Shown here piece after piece: positions 27,923-37,753 of a DNA stretch of 64,000 nt. The first letter of the stretch is position 1. Each line of letters opens with the position of its first letter. A program made the translations under genes and the position numbers. The DNA is taken from contig CAWDDT010000004.1 in assembly GCA_963801165.1 (NCBI GenBank), forward strand, positions 512,001 to 576,000. The letters run 5' to 3'. The notes under the pieces were generated by a model, which did not search any database, was not told where the DNA came from, and saw only the letters and a program-made list of their open reading frames with translations. This DNA comes from an uncultured bacterium. Its GTDB lineage: Bacteria; Actinomycetota; Acidimicrobiia; Spongiisociales; UBA5794.

Positions 27923-28129
27923 GAGCTTGTACCTCCATTCGACGGTGGTGAATTGCACCGCCCATGTCTTCGTCTGTCACTATCGAGTGTACCCCGGAAA
28001 GTGGAAACGGGGTGGCGGTTTTCTCATGAAGGTAAGTGCATTTACTGCGCGTTTCTCGGGTCGGCCCGCAGACAACAGGGCTGCGGCGTGAAGAGAGACG
28101 ACCAGTGAGGCTGGTACCATCCGGCGCCC

Positions 28130-29791
28130 GTGGAGACTTCACACCAACCCCGAAAGATCCTTGTGGCCGTGGCCTGGCCGTATGCCAGCGGATCACGCCA
28201 TCTCGGTCATCTCGCCGGCGCCTACCTGCCCGCGGACATCTTTGCCCGCTACCAGCGCGCCCGTGGCAACGAGCCCCTCATGGTGTCCGGCTCTGATGTG
28301 CACGGCACGCCGATCACGGTGCGCGCCGAAGCCGAAGGCGTGAGCCCACAAGAGATCGTCGACCGGTATCACCAGGAATTCGTCTCGCAATGGGATGCCC
28401 TCGGATTCGACTGGGATCTGTTCACCACCACCGGCACCGAGAACCATCACGAGGTCACCCAGGACATGTTCCTGCGCATCTATGAGAACGGTTACATCGA
28501 CAAGCGCACGTCCGAGCAGTACTACGACCCGGAGGCGGAGCGCTTCCTGCCCGACCGCTACGTCGAAGGGACCTGTCCTCACTGCGGGTACGCCGAGGCG
28601 CGGGGCGACCAATGCGACAACTGCGGCCGGACGCTCGACCCCATAGATCTGATCAATCCCCGCTCGGGCCTCACCGGGACTCCGCCGGTGCGCCGGTCGA
28701 CCGAGCACTTCTACCTGCGTCTCTCGGCCTTCGCCGACGATCTCAAGACGTGGCTGCATACTCGCGAGGGCTGGCGTAAACACGTGCTCAATTTCTCGCT
28801 CGGCTGGATCGAGGAGGGCCTGCACGACCGCGCCATCACCCGCGACATCGAATGGGGAGTGAAGATTCCCGTCGAGGGTCTCGGCGAGGGAAAACGGATC
28901 TACGTGTGGTTCGACGCCGTTATCGGCTACCTCTCGGCCTCAAAGGAGTGGTCCCTGCTCCAGGGCACCCCGGAGGCGTGGAAGGACTGGTGGCACAACG
29001 ACGAGGCCGACCACTACTACTTCATCGGCAAGGACAATGTGCCCTTCCACACGATCATCTGGCCGGCCATGCTGATGGGCTACGGGGGTCTCCACCTGCC
29101 CACGGACGTTCCCGCCAACCAGTACGTCACGTTCAAGGGCGGCAAGGCGTCGGCGAGCCGCGGCATCGGTCTGACAATCGGGGAGGCGCTCGAACGCTAC
29201 GAGCCCGATGCGCTGCGCTACGCCCTCGCTGCCAACCTACCGGAGACCTCCGACGTCGATATCACCGAGGCGGAGCTGGTCCGGCGGATCAACGAGGAGT
29301 TGGTCGCCACGTGGGGCAACCTGGTGAACCGGGTGGTGGCGATGACCCATCGCTATTTCGACGGGGTCGTCCCGGAGCCGGAGACCCTCACGCCGGCCGA
29401 CGAGGAGGCATTGGCAGCCGTAGACGGCGCACTGGATGAGGCGGCCGGTCTGCTCGATGGCGTGCACCTGCGGGGCGCGCTGGCGTCATTGCTCGGGGGC
29501 GCCCAAGCGACCAACCAATACCTGTCCGAGCTCGAGCCGTGGAAGACCGCCAGGACCGACGTGGCGCGCACCGGTACGACTCTCAACATCGCATTGCAAG
29601 CCATTGCCGGGCTTGCAGCCGGTTTTGCGCCGTACCTACCCGTCACGTCCGTGCGGGTGCTCGACACGCTCGGGATCGATACCACGGCACGTCAGCCCGC
29701 CTGGGGTCGCGCCCCGGTCCCCGCGGGAACAGAGCTCGGACCGGCGGTTCCCCTGTTCGCCAAGGTCGAGCTTCCCGAAGACGTCGGCTGA
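28130..29791 (+). CDS. metG: Methionine--tRNA ligase
   Basis: PYA...HLGH, CPHC/CDNC knuckle, YVWFDA, GKDN..FH, KASAS. Confidence 0.97.
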   Translation: METSHQPRKILVAVAWPYASGSRHLGHLAGAYLPADIFARYQRARGNEPLMVSGSDVHGTPITVRAEAEGVSPQEIVDRYHQEFVSQWDALGFDWDLFTTTGTENHHEVTQDMFLRIYENGYIDKRTSEQYYDPEAERFLPDRYVEGTCPHCGYAEARGDQCDNCGRTLDPIDLINPRSGLTGTPPVRRSTEHFYLRLSAFADDLKTWLHTREGWRKHVLNFSLGWIEEGLHDRAITRDIEWGVKIPVEGLGEGKRIYVWFDAVIGYLSASKEWSLLQGTPEAWKDWWHNDEADHYYFIGKDNVPFHTIIWPAMLMGYGGLHLPTDVPANQYVTFKGGKASASRGIGLTIGEALERYEPDALRYALAANLPETSDVDITEAELVRRINEELVATWGNLVNRVVAMTHRYFDGVVPEPETLTPADEEALAAVDGALDEAAGLLDGVHLRGALASLLGGAQATNQYLSELEPWKTARTDVARTGTTLNIALQAIAGLAAGFAPYLPVTSVRVLDTLGIDTTARQPAWGRAPVPAGTELGPAVPLFAKVELPEDVG

Positions 29792-29793
29792 CG

Positions 29794-30549
29794 ATGTGGG
29801 TTGACAGCCACTGTCACCTATTTGCTTCGGATGACACGCCGGACGCCCTGTTGCAGCGAGCAGCAGATGCGGGCGTCGACTGGCTCATGTGCCCGGGAAT
29901 CGACCTCGAGACATCTTTGCAGGCACATCGCATCTCGGCAGAAAATCGCAGCCGGGTGCTGTGGGCTGCCGGGCTGCATCCCCACGACGCAACCCGATGG
30001 GCAGACGAGGGCGGCAGGCTGACGTCGCTCATCGCTACGGCCGACGCGATCGGTGAATGTGGCCTGGACTACTACCGCGATCTCTCGCCGCGCCCGGTGC
30101 AGCGTGATGTGTTCCGGGAACAGCTCCGGCTCGCCGCCGAGATGGACAAGCCGATCATCGTCCATTGCCGTGACGCGTTCTCCGATGTCTACGAGGACGT
30201 CGCCAATGCCGGGCTGGGGGATCGGGTGGTCCTGCACAGCTGGACCGGCGGTCCCCGCTGGACCAAGCGCTTCGACGAGCTCGGCGTGACGTTCTCCTTC
30301 GCCGGCATGGTCACATACCCGACCGCCGACACGGTGCGGCGGGCCGCCGCAGTCGTGCCGCCGGATCGCTGCCTGATCGAGACCGACACCCCGTACCTGC
30401 CGCCCCAGGCTCATCGGGACCAGCCGAACGAGCCCGCCTTCGTGCCTCTCGTTGGCGAGCAGCTCGCCGCGACCTGGGACACCCCGGTATCCGAGGTAGC
30501 CCGGCTGACGGCAGACGCTGCGGCGCGTGTGTTCGGACGCGACATCTGA
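29794..30549 (+). CDS. tatD: TatD family deoxyribonuclease
   Basis: DSHCHL, GLHPH, IGECGLDY, HCRDA, ETDTPYL. Confidence 0.94.
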   Translation: MWVDSHCHLFASDDTPDALLQRAADAGVDWLMCPGIDLETSLQAHRISAENRSRVLWAAGLHPHDATRWADEGGRLTSLIATADAIGECGLDYYRDLSPRPVQRDVFREQLRLAAEMDKPIIVHCRDAFSDVYEDVANAGLGDRVVLHSWTGGPRWTKRFDELGVTFSFAGMVTYPTADTVRRAAAVVPPDRCLIETDTPYLPPQAHRDQPNEPAFVPLVGEQLAATWDTPVSEVARLTADAAARVFGRDI

Positions 30550-31355
30550 TGCGCCAGGGCAGGGCGAGCATCAAGGATCTATTGGCGGCCCATGGCTTGA
30601 AGCCCCAACGTGGGCTTGGTCAGAACTTCCTCGCCGACCCCAACCTGGTGGACCGGATCGTTCGCACCGCCAACCTGGCGATTGGCGATCGCGTTATCGA
30701 GGTCGGCGCCGGAACGGGGGCGCTCACCCGAGCGCTTGCAGATACCGGAGCCTCCGTCGTCACCTATGAGATCGACAGAGGTCTCGTACCGCTTCTCGAG
30801 AGCGTGCTCGCCGGGACGGGTGTGGAGATCAGAGCCGAAGATGTCACCCGTGTCGACCTGAACGCGGCTCTCGGCGGTGGACCGTGGACGATGATTGCCA
30901 ACCTCCCGTACAACGTCGGAACTCCGCTCGTCCTCGACGCGCTCCGGCACGTTCCCGCGATCGGCAGATTCGTGGTCATGGTGCAGAGAGAGGTTGCCGA
31001 TCGTTTCCTGGCTGAGCCCGGGACACGGTCGTACGGCGTCCCCTCGATCGTCGTGGCCCTGCATGCGAAGGCGCGGCTGGCGTTCACCGTTCCCCGGGAA
31101 GTCTTTTACCCGATGCCCGATGTGGAGTCGGCAGTGCTGGAGATGAGCCGGATCGAGCCCTCGCCACTCGCCGAGCGTGCGATCGAGCTTGCCGGCGCGG
31201 TGTTCCGGCAGCGACGAAAGATGCTGCGCAGATCGCTCATCGGCGTTATCGCAGACCCACGTGACGTCTTGCTCCGCCTCGGCATAGCAGACACGGCCCG
31301 TCCCGAGGACCTTGCTCCTCGGGATTTCATCGAGCTGGCGGGGGCAGTTGCATGA
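30549..31355 (+). CDS. rsmA: 16S rRNA adenine dimethyltransferase (KsgA)
   Basis: LGQNFL, EVGAGTGALT, ANLPYN, MVQREVADR, QRRKMLR. Confidence 0.96.
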   Translation: MRQGRASIKDLLAAHGLKPQRGLGQNFLADPNLVDRIVRTANLAIGDRVIEVGAGTGALTRALADTGASVVTYEIDRGLVPLLESVLAGTGVEIRAEDVTRVDLNAALGGGPWTMIANLPYNVGTPLVLDALRHVPAIGRFVVMVQREVADRFLAEPGTRSYGVPSIVVALHAKARLAFTVPREVFYPMPDVESAVLEMSRIEPSPLAERAIELAGAVFRQRRKMLRRSLIGVIADPRDVLLRLGIADTARPEDLAPRDFIELAGAVA

Positions 31356-32209
31356 TGCGCGCCGAGGCGTACGCCAAAGTAAACCTCGGGCTGCGGGTAG
31401 CCGGCAGGCGCGAGGATGGGTTTCACCCGGTCTCGGGGATCTTTCAATCAATCGGAATTGTTGATCGGCTGGCTCTCGCCGGTGCCGAGGAGGACTCGAT
31501 CATGGGGACAGGGGGGCGCCCGGTGGCGGACGGCCTCGACAACCTCGCTTTTCGCGCCCTGGCGGCTGTACGTGCTGTCGCCGGATCATCTGCTCCGCTG
31601 GAGTTGACCCTGGACAAGGAGATCCCGGTGGCTGCAGGCCTTGGAGGGGGCAGTGCCGATGCCGCCGCTGCCCTCGGCCTCGCCGGTCGGCGTCTGGGAG
31701 TCGAGCCGGCGACGCTGGCGACGATCGCCCCGCAGCTCGGCTCGGACGTCCCCTTCTGTCTGATCGGCGGCACCGCCCGTGTGTCCGGGCGGGGCGACAT
31801 CGTCACCCCTCTCGATCCACTCACGGACATTGTGCTCGCCGTTGTGGTACCGCCCGTCGAGATCGCCACCCCCGCGGCCTTCCGCGCTTGGGATGAGCTG
31901 GGGCAACCCCAGGGCCTGCGGATCAAGCAATCGGCGCTACCGCCGGTGTTGCGTGACCAGGGAGATCTGCAGAATGACCTCTATCCCGCCGCTGTATCGC
32001 TGGCACCGGAACTCGACGATTGGCGGGCTGATCTGGAGGAGCGCTGGGGGAGACCGGCGATGTTGTCCGGCAGTGGGCCGACGCTGTACTCGTTCTTCGT
32101 TGACCAGGACGAGGCAGCCGGGGCGGTGGCGGCAGTGCCGGCCGGGAGCCGGTTCGCCGAAGCCTGCGACCTCGTCGCCTTCGGGTGGCGAATCACAGAC
32201 GACGGGTAG
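31352..32209 (+). CDS. ispE: 4-diphosphocytidyl-2-C-methyl-D-erythritol kinase
   Basis: AKVNLGL, IPVAAGLGGGSADAAA, GSDVPF, SGSGPT. Confidence 0.96.
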   Translation: MMRAEAYAKVNLGLRVAGRREDGFHPVSGIFQSIGIVDRLALAGAEEDSIMGTGGRPVADGLDNLAFRALAAVRAVAGSSAPLELTLDKEIPVAAGLGGGSADAAAALGLAGRRLGVEPATLATIAPQLGSDVPFCLIGGTARVSGRGDIVTPLDPLTDIVLAVVVPPVEIATPAAFRAWDELGQPQGLRIKQSALPPVLRDQGDLQNDLYPAAVSLAPELDDWRADLEERWGRPAMLSGSGPTLYSFFVDQDEAAGAVAAVPAGSRFAEACDLVAFGWRITDDG

Positions 32210-32254
32210 CCTTTACACTGCTTGCCGCCCCGAGCAGAGGCGGCCCACGACGAG

Positions 32255-32325
32255 TGGGGGATGGTGTAATGGCAGCACACGTGGTTTTGGTCCACGCAGT
32301 CCAGGTTCGAGCCCTGGTCCCCCAG
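32255..32325 (+). tRNA. tRNA-Gln (anticodon TTG), CCA not encoded
   Basis: TGGGGGA/TCCCCCA acceptor stem, CGTGG-TT-TTG-GT-CCACG arm, GGTTCGAGCC. Confidence 0.95.
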
Positions 32326-32356
32326 CGAGTTCCTGCTTCAAACAGTGGTGTTACCC

Positions 32357-33094
32357 ATGGCAATCAAAGCAATAGTCCTCGGTGCAGGCAAGGGCACGAG
32401 AATGAGATCGGATCTGGCCAAAGTGCTCCATCCGGTTGCCGGGCGCCCGATGTTGCTGTGGACTCTCGACGCCCTCGCCGCGCTCGAGCCGGCGGAGACG
32501 GTCGTCGTTGTCGGTCACCAGGCCGATGCGGTGCGCGCCGTTCTGCCCGAAGGTGTCGATTCTGCGCTTCAGGCCGAGCAGCTCGGTACCGGACACGCCA
32601 CCCTTGTCGCGTTGGAGGCGCTCGATCTCGATCCTGATGACGATGTCCTCGTCATGCCGGGTGACATGCCGTTGGTCAGCTCTGCCACCCTGGCCCGGCT
32701 CGTCGGCCAGCATCGGGAGACGGGTGCGGCGGCGACACTTCTCAGCGTCGAGCTGGACGAACCGGGCGCCTACGGTCGGGTTGTCCGCGGCGACGGTCGT
32801 GTGCTCGGAATCGTCGAAGCGAAGGACGCCACAACCGAGCAACTCGAGATCGTCGAGGTGGGGACATCGGTTTACGTCTTCTCCGGTCGGTCGTTGCCGG
32901 GTGCCCTCGCCCGGGTGGGCACCGGCAACGCTCAGGGTGAGTACTACCTGACTGATGTGATCGCAATCCTGGTCGCCGACGGGCACCGCGTCGAGGCATG
33001 CATCGCCGATTCGGAAGAGGGTCTCGGCATCAATGCGGTCGACCAGATTGCAGTGGTCGAAGCAGTCCTGAATCGGCGCGACGAGAACGTGTGA
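32357..33094 (+). CDS. glmU: GlmU N-terminal uridyltransferase domain only (no acetyltransferase domain)
   Basis: GAGKGTRM.S...KVLH, QLGTGHA, GDMPL, YGRV, NAQGEYYLTD, GIN; stops after the linker helix; directly upstream of prs. Confidence 0.85.
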   Translation: MAIKAIVLGAGKGTRMRSDLAKVLHPVAGRPMLLWTLDALAALEPAETVVVVGHQADAVRAVLPEGVDSALQAEQLGTGHATLVALEALDLDPDDDVLVMPGDMPLVSSATLARLVGQHRETGAAATLLSVELDEPGAYGRVVRGDGRVLGIVEAKDATTEQLEIVEVGTSVYVFSGRSLPGALARVGTGNAQGEYYLTDVIAILVADGHRVEACIADSEEGLGINAVDQIAVVEAVLNRRDENV

Positions 33095-33161
33095 CCGCGT
33101 TGGTCGAAGTGCGCCGGCGCCGCTACCCTGCCTCGCGGCAGCCAACGGGAGGGCCGACAGC

Positions 33162-34133
33162 GTGGAGATCACGAGTCGCAAGCGTCTTATGGTGTTTTCC
33201 GGCTCGGCGAACGAGGGCCTGGCTCGGGAAGTAGCCAACATTCTCGGCACTGACGTGGGCGGGGTGGAGCGCGAGGTTTTCGCCAACAGCGAGCTCTACA
33301 TACATTTCACCGAAAGCGTTCGCGGCGCCGATTGTTTCGTGATCCAGAGCCACGTCTCTCCGATCAACTTTCACATCATGGAGCAGCTGATCATGATCGA
33401 CGCCCTAAAGCGGGCGTCGGCAAAGCGGATCACCGCCGTGATCCCTTTCTTCGGCTACAGCAGGCAAGACAAGAAGGGGCGACCCCGCGAGCCGATTACG
33501 GCCAAGCTGATGGGGGACCTCTTCGTGACCGCCGGTGCCGACCGGCTCGCCTCGGTCGATCTGCACACCGGTCAGATCCAGGGCTTCGTCGACGTGCCTT
33601 TTGACCACCTCACCGCACTCCCCGTCTTTGTCGACTATCTGGCCAAGACCCTCGATGGTCCGACGACCGTCGTCTCTCCAGACACCGGTGGTGTGAAACG
33701 AGCCGCCCGGCATGCCAGGCATCTCGACGCTTCCGTTGCATTCATCGACAAGAGACGCAGCAGTGACGTGCGCAACAAGTCCGAGTCGCTGGAGGTCATC
33801 GGTGACATCCAGGGCAGGCATTGCATCATCGTCGACGACATCATCGATACCGCAGGCACCGCGGTCGGAGCGGCCAACCTGCTCCAGCAACGCGGCGCCC
33901 TCAGCGTCCGTCTGGCGGCGACCCACGGAATCATGTCCGATCCCGCCGTTGATCGCATCAAGAACTCGGCCATCAGCGAGGTGGTGATCAGCAACACGCT
34001 GCCGGTCCCGGAAGATGCTCGGGAGCTGCCGAACCTGACCGTCCTTTCGATCGGCGCGGTGCTGGCGGGCGCGATCAACGCCATCTTCACCGACGCCTCG
34101 GTCAGCGCCATCTTCAAAGGCGAGAACATGTGA
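33162..34133 (+). CDS. prs: Ribose-phosphate pyrophosphokinase
   Basis: YSRQDKK, DLHTGQIQGF, VSPD.GG, VDDIIDTAGT. Confidence 0.97.
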   Translation: MEITSRKRLMVFSGSANEGLAREVANILGTDVGGVEREVFANSELYIHFTESVRGADCFVIQSHVSPINFHIMEQLIMIDALKRASAKRITAVIPFFGYSRQDKKGRPREPITAKLMGDLFVTAGADRLASVDLHTGQIQGFVDVPFDHLTALPVFVDYLAKTLDGPTTVVSPDTGGVKRAARHARHLDASVAFIDKRRSSDVRNKSESLEVIGDIQGRHCIIVDDIIDTAGTAVGAANLLQQRGALSVRLAATHGIMSDPAVDRIKNSAISEVVISNTLPVPEDARELPNLTVLSIGAVLAGAINAIFTDASVSAIFKGENM

Positions 34134-35911
34134 GCGAGCCGGCAGATCCGGTCGTTCGGGCCATCCGCAACGGGTTCGAGCGCTACGTCACCGAGTTCGC
34201 CGCGATCACCCGTCGGGCCGAGCAGCGCTTTTCAACCCGCGATTGGAACGGGTTGCAGGACGACGCCGCCGCCCGGCTCAGCCTCTACAACAGCACCGTG
34301 TCGGACGTCGTGGCAAGCATCAACGGCGAGCTGGGGTCACGCGCTCGGGATCCGGCCATCTGGGCAGCAGCGAAGGATGGGTTCTCCGCAGCGATGGCAG
34401 GGCATCCGTTGGGTCCCATCGGCAAGACCTTCTTCAGCTCGGTCACCAGGAGGGTCCTCGAGACCGAGGGAACGAATCCCGCAGTCGAGTTCACCGACGA
34501 CCGCGACCCCGATCCCGGCGGCGAGCCCGAGCTGCTCCGTGCCGGCACAGGCAGCACCGGGGACAAGCTCGTTGACGTTTGCGACCACGTCGTCACCGGC
34601 GCCCGATGGCAGAACCTCGAGCGCGACGCCCGTCTGGCGACGCTCGAGATCGACCGGCGGTTCGCCTCCCACGGTGTCACGAGTGAAGTCGACAGGATCG
34701 AGGTCTACCCACAACCGTTCTACCGCGGTCGTGCCGCCTACGTCGTTGGCACAATCACCGCCGGGGACCTGACGCTCCCGCTCGCCATCGCTGTTCACCA
34801 CACCTCGCGGGGTCTCATCGTCGGGGCCGTTCTCACCGAGCCCGACGACATCTCGGTTCTCTTCAGCTACACCCGCTCATCGTTTTTCGTCGTGGTTGAG
34901 GATCCCGGGGCAATGGTCCACTTCCTCCGCAGGCTGATCCCGCACCGGAAGGCATCCGAGCTGTATAGCTCGCTCGGGTTCAACAAGCACGGCAAGACTG
35001 AGCGCTATAGGGACTTGCGCGCCTTCATCGAGAGCTCCGGTTCCCGCTTCGAGTACGCCAGGGGGATCCGGGGAATGGTCATGATCGTCTTCACCCTCGA
35101 GGGCTACGACGCGGTGCTCAAGGTCATCCGGGACCGCTTTCCATATCCGAAGCAGACCACGAGACGGCAGGTGATGTCCAAGTACCGGTTGGTATTCGGC
35201 CACGACCGCGCCGGCAGGCTCATCGATGCTCACGAGTTCGAGCACATGCGGTTCGACCGGGAGCGGTTCGCGCCGGAACTGCTCGCCGAGCTCGAGGAAG
35301 GTGCCGCCCGCTCGGTGGTGGTGTCCGGCGACACGGTGATCCTGCACCACGTGTATCTGGAGCGAAAGGTGATTCCGCTCGACATCTACCTACGCGAGAG
35401 CAACCCGCTCAAGAGTAGGGCTGCCATCGTCGACTACGGCCGGGCGATCAAGAACCTGGCGATGTCGAATATCTTCCCCGGCGACATGCTGCTCAAGAAC
35501 TTCGGAGTGACCCGATCGGGAAGGGTCGTCTTCTACGACTACGACGAGCTGGTCCAGCTGACCGAGTGCAACTTCCGGGAACTGCCACAAACAGTGGACC
35601 CGGAAAGGGAGATGTCGGCGGAACCGTGGTTCGGCGTCGGCGACCACGACGTCTTCCCCGAGGAGTTTCGCAACTTCCTCGGCATCCGCGGCGAGCTGCG
35701 CGACGTGCTGGAACGCCACCACAGTGACCTTTTCGAGGTTCGATTCTGGAAACGAATCCAGGATCGGGTTCGTGCCGGCGAAGTCATCGAGATCTTCCCT
35801 TACGACCGCAGCCGACGGCTCGGCTCGGCGATCCGGGCTCAACCATCCGCCGGGGCGCTTCCGGGTAGGCGCACGGTAACGGCGGCCCAGAGCCCGAGGA
35901 GGATTGGATGA
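34130..35911 (+). CDS. aceK: Isocitrate dehydrogenase kinase/phosphatase
   Basis: KHGKT, GIRGMVMIVF, KVIRD, HDRAGRL.D, NIFPGDMLLKNFGVTR, RVVFYDYDE, DVFPEEF. Confidence 0.93.
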   Translation: MSEPADPVVRAIRNGFERYVTEFAAITRRAEQRFSTRDWNGLQDDAAARLSLYNSTVSDVVASINGELGSRARDPAIWAAAKDGFSAAMAGHPLGPIGKTFFSSVTRRVLETEGTNPAVEFTDDRDPDPGGEPELLRAGTGSTGDKLVDVCDHVVTGARWQNLERDARLATLEIDRRFASHGVTSEVDRIEVYPQPFYRGRAAYVVGTITAGDLTLPLAIAVHHTSRGLIVGAVLTEPDDISVLFSYTRSSFFVVVEDPGAMVHFLRRLIPHRKASELYSSLGFNKHGKTERYRDLRAFIESSGSRFEYARGIRGMVMIVFTLEGYDAVLKVIRDRFPYPKQTTRRQVMSKYRLVFGHDRAGRLIDAHEFEHMRFDRERFAPELLAELEEGAARSVVVSGDTVILHHVYLERKVIPLDIYLRESNPLKSRAAIVDYGRAIKNLAMSNIFPGDMLLKNFGVTRSGRVVFYDYDELVQLTECNFRELPQTVDPEREMSAEPWFGVGDHDVFPEEFRNFLGIRGELRDVLERHHSDLFEVRFWKRIQDRVRAGEVIEIFPYDRSRRLGSAIRAQPSAGALPGRRTVTAAQSPRRIG

Positions 35912-36312
35912 AGACTGAGGTCATCACGTTACGCACGGGGAACCGGCGCGCCGTTGTCGACATCACCCGGGAGGCGGGCGAGTTCGTGAGTGGTGAGGGC
36001 GACGGTCTGCTCAACGTGTTCACCCCCCACGCCACCGCGGGAATCGCCATCATCGAGACCGGAGCCGGCAGTGACAACGACCTCATGGATGTGCTCGACG
36101 ATCTCGTGCCTCGCCACGATCGTTACCACCATCGCCATGGCAGCCCGGGGCACGGTGCCGACCACGTGCTCCCCGGCATCGTGGCACCGAGCACGGTCGT
36201 GCCGGTGATCGACGGCAGGCTGTTGCTCGGGACGTGGCAGTCGATCGTTCTCGTTGATCCCAACGTCGACAACCCGAACCGGCAGGTGCGGTTCAGCTTC
36301 GCTGCCGGTTAA
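35908..36312 (+). CDS. yjbQ: YjbQ / UPF0047 family protein
   Basis: DIT, PHATAG, Y.H.H...H, LLGTWQSI. Confidence 0.88.
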   Translation: MKTEVITLRTGNRRAVVDITREAGEFVSGEGDGLLNVFTPHATAGIAIIETGAGSDNDLMDVLDDLVPRHDRYHHRHGSPGHGADHVLPGIVAPSTVVPVIDGRLLLGTWQSIVLVDPNVDNPNRQVRFSFAAG

Positions 36313-36338
36313 AGGGGAGCGGTCGGGGCGTTCCCTTT
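36311..36338 (+). terminator. Putative intrinsic terminator hairpin
   Basis: AAAGGGGAGCG...CGTTCCCTTT. Confidence 0.5.
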
Positions 36339-36444
36339 GCCTCCGGCGACGCGATGACGCATAATGTGGCCGATCTGGTGTTCCGCGCCCGGTTTTGCGC
36401 GGCGCAAAGACCCCCTATCTGTCAGTCATGAGGAGACACACACC

Positions 36445-37116
36445 ATGGAGCAGGTGACACTGAGCGCCCAGCCCCGCGCTGGTCTCGGGACACGCGAGTC
36501 CCGGCGCCTGCGACGGCAGGGCAAGATTCCCGCCACCGTTTACGGGAAGGACTCGCAAGCGAAATCCATCACGGTCGACGGCCGTGAGCTGTACTCGGTC
36601 CTGCACACTGAAGCAGGCCGCAACGCTCTCATCAATGTCGACATCGAAGGCGGCGAAAGAGTGCTCGCCGTCGCCCGCGAGGTGCAACGAAACCCCGTGC
36701 GGGGTGAGGTCATCCACCTCGATCTGATCCAGATCTCGCTGGACGTGGCTATCGCCGCCGAGGTCGGTCTCGAGTACATCGGCACGCCGATCGGAGTCCG
36801 CGAGGACGGCGGTTTCGTCGAGGCGATCGCCTCGACCGTCAACATCACTGCGCTGCCCACCGCCATTCCAGGATCGATCGTCATCGATATCGAGCACATG
36901 CACACGGGCGACACGCTCAAGGTATCGGATCTTCCCGCCATCGAGGGTGTCGAGTACACCGACGATGAGGATCGGGCGCTGGTGACGGTGCTCATGCCCC
37001 GCGTCGAAGAAGAGCTTGAAGCTGGCCTCGAGCTGGGCGAAGAGGGCGAAGCGATCGCAGGCGAAGCCGGCGAAGGCGACGAAGCCGGCGCACGGGCCGC
37101 GGAGGAAGAGGAGTAG
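36445..37116 (+). CDS. rplY: 50S ribosomal protein L25 / Ctc
   Basis: SRRLRR.GKIPA.VYG, VQRNPV...IHLD, acidic tail; AGGAG RBS. Confidence 0.95.
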   Translation: MEQVTLSAQPRAGLGTRESRRLRRQGKIPATVYGKDSQAKSITVDGRELYSVLHTEAGRNALINVDIEGGERVLAVAREVQRNPVRGEVIHLDLIQISLDVAIAAEVGLEYIGTPIGVREDGGFVEAIASTVNITALPTAIPGSIVIDIEHMHTGDTLKVSDLPAIEGVEYTDDEDRALVTVLMPRVEEELEAGLELGEEGEAIAGEAGEGDEAGARAAEEEE

Positions 37117-37133
37117 CCGTCTCCCCCGACACT

Positions 37134-37727
37134 GTGGGACCGCGCCAACCGGTCGTGGTCGGGCTCCGCAATCCCGGCCGGGCCTACGAGCGTACGCGTC
37201 ACAACCTCGGTGCCGACGTGGTGGCGGTGGTTGCATCTCGCTGGGCAGCGAGCTTCAAGCGTGCCCGGCGCACTATCCGGGCCGAGGTGAGCGAAGCCCA
37301 CATTGACGGCGTGCGCTCGGTGCTGGCGATGCCGACGACGTTCATGAATGACTCCGGCCGCGCGGTGGCTCCGCTGTTGCGGTACTTCGACGCCGAGCCG
37401 GGCGATTTGCTTGTTGTCCACGACGACATTGACCTACCTTTCGCCCGGCTCCGGCTCCAGTACGACCGCGGTTCGGGAGGCAACAACGGTGCTCGCTCGG
37501 TGATCCGCTCGCTCGGTACGCGGGAATTCTGGCGGCTGAAATGCGGGGTGGGGCGTCCACCGGGCAGAATGGACCCGGCAGAGTACGTGTTGCACCGTTT
37601 TGCCGGCAGGGAACAGCCGGAGATCGATCTCCTGATCGAGCAAGCGGCGGACGTGGTGGAGAGGTTCATCACCGATGGTGGGCTCGCAGCCCAGCAGCTC
37701 ACCGGTGGCGGCGACGGTACTGGCTAG
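37134..37727 (+). CDS. pth: Peptidyl-tRNA hydrolase
   Basis: VGL.NPG..Y..TRHN.G, TFMN.SG, HDDID, GG.NG, GVGRP. Confidence 0.94.
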   Translation: MGPRQPVVVGLRNPGRAYERTRHNLGADVVAVVASRWAASFKRARRTIRAEVSEAHIDGVRSVLAMPTTFMNDSGRAVAPLLRYFDAEPGDLLVVHDDIDLPFARLRLQYDRGSGGNNGARSVIRSLGTREFWRLKCGVGRPPGRMDPAEYVLHRFAGREQPEIDLLIEQAADVVERFITDGGLAAQQLTGGGDGTG

Positions 37728-37753
37728 CTGGCCCGCCCGGAAGGAGTCGAGAC

